From an uncultured Nitrososphaeraceae archaeon (GTDB lineage Archaea; Thermoproteota; Nitrososphaeria; Nitrososphaerales; Nitrososphaeraceae): 64,000 nt of DNA. Shown piece by piece: positions 57,738-64,000 of this stretch. Below the pieces are notes generated by a model. The model was not told the origin of the DNA and ran no database searches. It saw only the letters and a program-made list of their open reading frames with translations. Position 1 is the stretch's first letter. Each line of letters opens with the position of its first letter. The stretch is from NCBI GenBank assembly GCA_963825865.1, contig CAWGVG010000036.1, positions 32,001-96,000 of the forward strand, read 5' to 3'. Made by a program: the position numbers and the translations under genes.

Positions 57738-58185
57738 GGAGAAAGTTCGAACTTTCGTTACCAATACTATAATTATCATCATCATCAGAAGAATAAAAAT
57801 TAAATCTACTACGCCTTTGGATAAATAACTGATTGCTCTCTCTAGACTAAATTCTTTCTAACTTCTCTTCTAATGAATTTACATTAATAATAGAAGGTCA
57901 TTCTTTGAATAATGCAAAATTATCTTCAATGCATTCTCTGATTATTTTTAAAGTTAAAAGCATGTATTTTGGTATAAGATTGCGTTTGTTGTAAAAAATC
58001 TCTCATCCGTACCTCCTCTCTTCCGTCAATACAGTGCTTGTAATGGCAAGCTAAATCAGATTTTGCTAAATTGTAAGCAAACTGTTGCAATGGTTCTTCG
58101 AGTGTTCTGATAACTCTATACGAGCCAGTGTTTCATGGAATGGACCAAAGAGTATTATTATACTACATTATGAGATATTGGAACA

Positions 58186-59141
58186 ATGCTATTTCGTTCA
58201 TGGAAAGAAAAAATAAGAGAATTTTTTGAACCATATGATAACAAGAAGAACAGAGAAGCCCAAAAATTGATACCTAACTTAGCAACGAATGAAAATAATA
58301 ACAACATTTACAAAGATGGCACAATAATGCTTTTCCCTACAAATCTATCTGGATCAGAATGGTGTCTTGGGGAACAGAATCTTAATTCTATTCCAACTTT
58401 TAGTACAAATGGCCACAATAATAAAATAATCCAGAAAAATGAAAAGAATATCACGTATTGGAATGTCAAAAGCGGGATCATTACATATAGGAGTAGCAAT
58501 GAAAAAGGTCGAAGCTGTAGACTCAACATATTTCCAAGTACCAACTAGACAAGTTAACGATTCGCATACTGCAATAAAACAAGGCTTTATTGGAAATTCA
58601 AGGGACTTGAAAAATCAAGAAATTACTTTCGTTGGCCGACTTCACAGAGTTATACATAAACATTTGGAAACTAGCATCAAAATTCGTGGAGGATATCACC
58701 ACAGTTACGCACCTGACCAGGCCGCATGCATTGGAATGGCTGTTTCGCACAAAAGTACAGGACATACAGCACGACGTGCAAAAGAACTTACACATCCAAT
58801 CTATGAATATGAAGAGCTATCGCCAAAATTTGAATTTTTTACTCAAGAGAATGTCTGGTTTGCTATGAAAGTAACTAGCTGGAATAATAATAATAATGAT
58901 GATGATTTAAAGGGTACTGTAACAAATCGTTGCTATATTGATTCCGAGCCATTTTTACCTGATGGAAGATTGAGAAATGGTTATAGGTTATATTCTGAAT
59001 GGATTGACCATGGCAATGGAAAAAAATATAAAGAGATTGTAAATTGGGCAGGAGGAGTACCTATTCACTGTAAGAATAGACGGATGGGATTCTGTTGATT
59101 TGTATGCCTTAAGTGCTAGGGAAATTATGCCTCCACTGTGA
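58186..59141 (+). CDS. Hypothetical protein, possible carbohydrate-active beta-sandwich (frameshifted)
   Basis: KDGTIMLFPT, NQEITF, KIRGGYHHS, WFAMKV, EWIDHG, NWAGGVP, SAREIMPP across frames. Confidence 0.55.
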
Positions 59142-59528
59142 GATAAAGAGGTTGTTGCATTATTATCTGAAATAACGTCGGTGGCCAAATATACTACAGC
59201 GTATGTATTCATAGTAACTACAATTAATGTTGTTAATTTGATCAGATTATATGAAATTATTTATAATGCTGATATGCTGTTATAGCCCTCAATATTCCAT
59301 CTGAAAAACTGATGCAGACTTGGACAATTTTACGGCGTCTCATTTTGCGGTTAGTTTTGTTTGTTACTATTGCAGTTGTATTTAATAGTTTGTCTTGGCC
59401 GGTAAATGTGTTTGCTTTATCTCCTGCTTTTGGACGCGAAGAAATAGGAAGTCCTTGGGCTGCAACAAGCACATTCCCATTCTTCACGTTTGGTGAACTT
59501 TTGTACACAATTGCGTCTATCAAAACCA

Positions 59529-60060
59529 TTACTCCCTCGACTTTCGAGCATATTGTAAGAACAAGCTATTAAAATATCTGTCAAACTTATCATTTGCAAT
59601 TATGTCATCTGAATATATGCCCAGTGATATCACATTACCCCTTTGATAGTTAAGCTCATAGGTAGCAATAACAGGCTTTTTAATTGATGGTATTGAGTAG
59701 TTTAATAAAGAGGCATTATAATTCATTAAAATCTTGTCATTAGGATTAGTGATATATTGTTCCTCATGATGTTTGTATTCAAATGGATCATTTGCAAACG
59801 TTATTTCGCATGAATAGCAAAGATAGTTGCTTCCAACCCATTGAGATGTTTCTTTATTCCATCTTTCGGCAACACTCTTCCATGCCGATCTACCATTAAA
59901 AGCCCACCCGTGGCCTTTTACCAAAGTTGTTGTATTTGTATGTCTATCGTATTTTACTTCGGCATAGAATACATTACCATCTAGTACCAATCATAGTACC
60001 GCCGTTGGATACGAAACGTTTCAGATTATCGTATTCTTGTTGTGTGACATACTCTTGAGT
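59529..60060 (-). pseudogene. N,N-dimethylformamidase beta-subunit-like C-terminal fragment
   Basis: QEYVTQQEYDNLKRFVSNGGTMI, then LDGNVFYAEVKYD...LVKGHGWAF; N-terminus absent. Confidence 0.55.
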
Positions 60061-60092
60061 TTTAATTTAATTTACTGGAATTTCTTCTGTTG

Positions 60093-60523
60093 CTATAGCC
60101 ACCGTAAATGCTGTTGATGTTGCTGTCGTGGTTGTTGTTGTTGTTCTTCTTCTTCATCTTGAATAAATGCCTGTCTTGCTGGTTGTTCTTTTTCATTATT
60201 ATTATTATTATTATTATTAACAACGGATTCTTTTCTTCTTGGAAACATTCTCTCATATGGCTCTAATATGCTTCTACAAAATTCTACTCCCTTTTGAGTA
60301 GGCTTATAATCGCAACCATCCTTTTTCCAAATGGTAATTCGCTTTTGCTTATGAAACCATTTACTTGTAGCTCATCGAGTATGCACCTATGTTTTTTCAA
60401 ATTTAATCCACAAAAGCTAACTAGTGCAGTCTGGTTTAGTTCGCCATGCTCTACCAACTTTAGTATTATATCCTCAACGATGTAAATTCTATCACGATAC
60501 GATATTGGAGAAAGAAGAGACAT
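60093..60523 (-). CDS. Winged helix-turn-helix transcriptional regulator (frameshifted)
   Basis: YRDRIYIVEDII...NQTALVSFCGLN...ILDELQVNGFI, then YKPTQKGVEFCRSILEPYE in another frame. Confidence 0.75.
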
Positions 60524-61262
60524 ATGTTGATTGTATACCCAGCATCATAGTATGCAATCAGCACATTATTATAATTAAGTTAACTATGTTAAGTACCACA
60601 CTTTTTGGTTTTTGCAGGTAAATCCTTTTTTTATACTTAAAACACCTCATACAACGCCTTTCATTTTGCCTTTTCCCTAAAGTAGTGTTCGAATTTTTTT
60701 CATCTTTGTTATGTGCTATCCAACATTCATCTCAATTCCCCTATACTGTCATTAAGATAATATGGTCACTTCAAATTTGCTAATTTATAAACGAATTGAT
60801 GCGATATTTCACACCAAAAACTCATCTTTACCAGCACATATCGTAGAGGTTTTGATATAATTGACATCGTTCTAAATGGATGTCTTTCTTACTAGTGGAC
60901 TTAACTTTTAACAACAGAACATCTCTTCCATCGGTTCTTGCTCAGACGCCTATTAACAATAATAATAATAATGCTTTAAAATCGCCATAATCTTCAGCAG
61001 TAATATGGACACTGCTAGGGATGCCAAATGAAATCAATTTACGCGCTGCTTTTTCATCGCGTATTCTATCTGTAATTAAGTAAAATATATAGTAAATAAA
61101 ATCTGTGAAGTCTTCTAAATGTTAGTACTGTACATTTTGTTAGCACTAGATTAGACAATAAAATACTAGAATAGAATACCTGTGATTCTCTAAAGCATTA
61201 ACTATGTTAAGCAAGTCTTTAATTAGTTCTGCTCTATGAGCAGGTGAAGGAATAAAAACAAA

Positions 61263-61500
61263 ATGAATACAAAAACAACTTTAGCCGTTACTTGCAATCG
61301 CCACAGTCGCGATCCTTGTATCATCAACTGCTATTGCAAAACCTGTATTAGCTAGCAACAACAAAGACAACAGTGGGCACTCAGTTTCAAAATCAGACCT
61401 CAGGGGTGTGGGCAATTTCCTAAAATGTATCGGCAACCATGGAGGAAATGACATATCAAAAAGTAAATCTCAAAAGTGCGTTGATAATCACTTAGGCTAA
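61263..61500 (+). CDS. Small secreted two-cysteine protein (one frameshift)
   Basis: MNTKTTLAV / LAIATVAILVSSTAIAKPVLA signal, then SNNKDNSGH...FLKCIGNHGG...QKCVDNHLG. Confidence 0.55.
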
Positions 61501-62781
61501 CAACAATAGCTGTAAGAACAACAAACAAACAACGCTTAGCCCTATAATGGCCTGGAGAGATAATATCTCTCTTTCTATATATTTTTATAATTAGATTCTT
61601 ATTCTTTGTAATCTATGATTAAAGCTGAGTAAGATCGGATTGAAACCATTGTGACAGAAATATGCTAAGCACCTATGCACGCACAGACAAATTGGTAAAA
61701 ACTAAGAAAAAATATTGGAATAGTAAGTAATCCCCCCAATCCCTTTTGGCTTTGGAATAGCTCTATTGGGGTGATAGTTCTATTATACTACTAACACACT
61801 GAGTATACAGCTGATAACGATAGGAAAATGATTATGTAGCATTTCTTATCTGTTACAATTCTTTTTAAATTCTATTCCTTCTTTTCTCGGCAACCAATGG
61901 TATGATTAAAGCAGCAATTTCCATTAGTCGTAGTCTTTCAAATAACGTTGTTTGCGCTGTCTCGTAATTTATACTGACTTCTTTCTTAAGATATTTGAAG
62001 GTCATTATTATCTAAATTAATAATACCTCGTGGAAAGTATTCGTAATACTATCTATGGATTAAAAATCAGTATTATCCACACATAGGTTATTGTCTATTT
62101 TGTGATGGATACTATCAACATAGTACGCTTTATCCACCAACGAGTATATCAGGTCTTTATCCGAGGGAGTTATATTATTGGATTCTTCTTCTTTTATTTT
62201 TTTCTCATTTAGCTTTATCTTTTTTTCGACTAGAATAGTATTATACATGATTGTTAACGTAGCAACATAGTATATAAAAAGATTATCTCTCAAATATTAT
62301 TTCAGATAGATACATAAAGAGTCTACAATCACCTCATGTGTCATATTAGATAATTCATTATTTCGAATTGAGTTATCCTTGGTGCAATATTATATGACAA
62401 CTTTAGTGTTAGATGTCTTGTTTTAATTCCCTGACTACATAAAATAGTCAGTCACATTTTGATAACTGTTGTCCTAAGAGTATTTGGGAAAGTGTTGCAT
62501 TATATATCTGACTTCGCAGTGTCGCAATCGCAATCTTTCCAAGTGTACACACTGCTGATGTGATCATGCATATTTGGAAAGCCTTGATTACACATGGGAC
62601 ACATCTTTCTTCTTGGCTCATTGTTCAAAATCGCCATCTATATAATAAAATGAGATAGATAGGTTGTGCAATAAGAATTATTGTGGTGGTGGGGCCATTA
62701 AGATCAGACATGTGCAGCATACATAAAAATAAGATCTTTATTATCATGACTCATTTTCTTTTATTATATTGATCTGCATAA

Positions 62782-63520
62782 TCACATAAGTTCGATCCTA
62801 GAAGACCTTTTTCTTCTTTTGCTAAATACAATTTCAAGTATTCCATTTCTATATGTCGATTTGCCTGATCTAAGGTCCACATTTGATGGAATGTCAATAA
62901 TACGATGATATTTTCCTCCTTGAGTATTAGTTGCACATATTTTTACATAACCGTCATAGGCTTTTACTTTTATATCCTTCTTATTGACAAGAGGCATTTC
63001 TACTACTATTTTCACCTCTTTAGATGATGTAATTATATCTACAAGAGGAGCCTCTCTTTTAGGTGATGTAACCTGAAATTCACTATTGTCATCACTATTG
63101 ATGCTATTATTATCATAATCATTACCATCACTACTAAGCGATCTGATATTATCAAACTCTTTTAATTGTGGTCTACTACTATTTGGTCCAACAATAGATA
63201 CAGCGTGATCATAAACTACTGGACGTACATTTCGCGGATTACCTCCCTTGGACTTTTTATACTTTCTTGGAAATTTTTTTGGTATATCTGAGTAGCGTGT
63301 GTATTCAAATTGCTGTTCTACGAACATTCTCTCTTCTATTTGCCATTCAATATCATGAAATTCTCTGAATATGTCATCTATAATACTACTACTACCACGC
63401 CAAACCCTTTCTGAAGCACTATGATTTTTAAAGAATAAGTCTAAACCAATCAGCAGCAACATCGTCATCGTCATCATCGTCATCATTATATGGTAGAATA
63501 TTCCAAAAGCTCAAATCCAT
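62782..63520 (-). CDS. hsp20: Archaeal Hsp20/alpha-crystallin protein
   Basis: PLVDIITSSKEVKIVVEMP...KYHRIIDIP...STYRNGILEIVF; N-terminus from ATG 63520 frameshifted. Confidence 0.85.
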
Positions 63521-64000
63521 AACCACCTAAATAATAAAATTTCGCCGTTTTTAAATTGTTTGATTGTCATTTTAGTAGTAAATGGTCAAATAGTTGCTTT
63601 TCGTTTTTAATTATAACTAAATCTGTATGGATACAAGGATCTGCTACAAGTATACAAAAGAAAATAATCTATTTATAAATTTCATTAGATAAAAAGCATA
63701 ACAATGCACGAGATTTCTGACAGACTTTTGATGCGCTATATAGCGCATAGATGTAAAATTTTTGTTACATTTAACTTGGGGGTAACTTCAATGTCTTTAC
63801 CTGAGGTTAGAATATAAGATTTTTTTGGTCGTTACTATCACGAACTATCTTTTTTCTTGTAGTATATGATGAAAATATTGACGATCTATATTAAAATTAA
63901 CATATTTCCTATTTTGCCTACCGCCTTTCTCTTGAAATAGCGAAAAGGACACAAAAATATTTTATTTTTTTTATAAGTCAAATTTATATGAGAATATATT

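Noticed and set aside
2678-63520. Numerous frameshifts as programmed frameshifting or mass pseudogenisation
   Set aside because: Single-base indels hit unrelated genes whose motifs are otherwise intact, which fits long-read consensus error; cannot be resolved without reads

Overview
AT-rich archaeal window. Its gene content points to a soil ammonia-oxidising archaeon (Nitrososphaeraceae, Nitrososphaerota): archaeal Hsp20, DUF99, DUF1059, stand-alone receiver domains, a Cache histidine kinase, a PPOX F420 enzyme, an Lrp/AsnC domain, a TFB-like domain and poly-Asn/Gln tracts. Many genes are split by single-base indels, most simply explained as unpolished long-read errors, so pseudogene status is often uncertain. 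I found no rRNA, complete tRNA or CRISPR array. Three things stand out. (1) A 0.6-8.5 kb cluster has a TfuA-type YcaO enzyme surrounded by four paralogues of a Trp-rich uncharacterised family (three cytoplasmic, one secreted), a polytopic membrane protein, a TPR protein and an unannotated 40-aa ORF that could be a precursor peptide. (2) A dispersed non-coding element (core CTCAAGTCAAATATA, homology up to about 500 bp) occurs in 7 copies plus 1 partial copy. Six of the 7 sit directly upstream of secreted low-complexity proteins starting MNN, which mostly share a CTHP-x-CSQE cysteine motif; the seventh precedes a zinc-finger gene. This looks like a co-regulated secreted-protein family. (3) A SAM methyltransferase appears fused to a TFB/TFIIB cyclin-fold domain. 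Also present are an IS5-family element with 18-bp terminal inverted repeats, other IS relics, and a tRNA 3'-end fragment that may be an att site. All family calls come from motif recognition by eye, not database searches.
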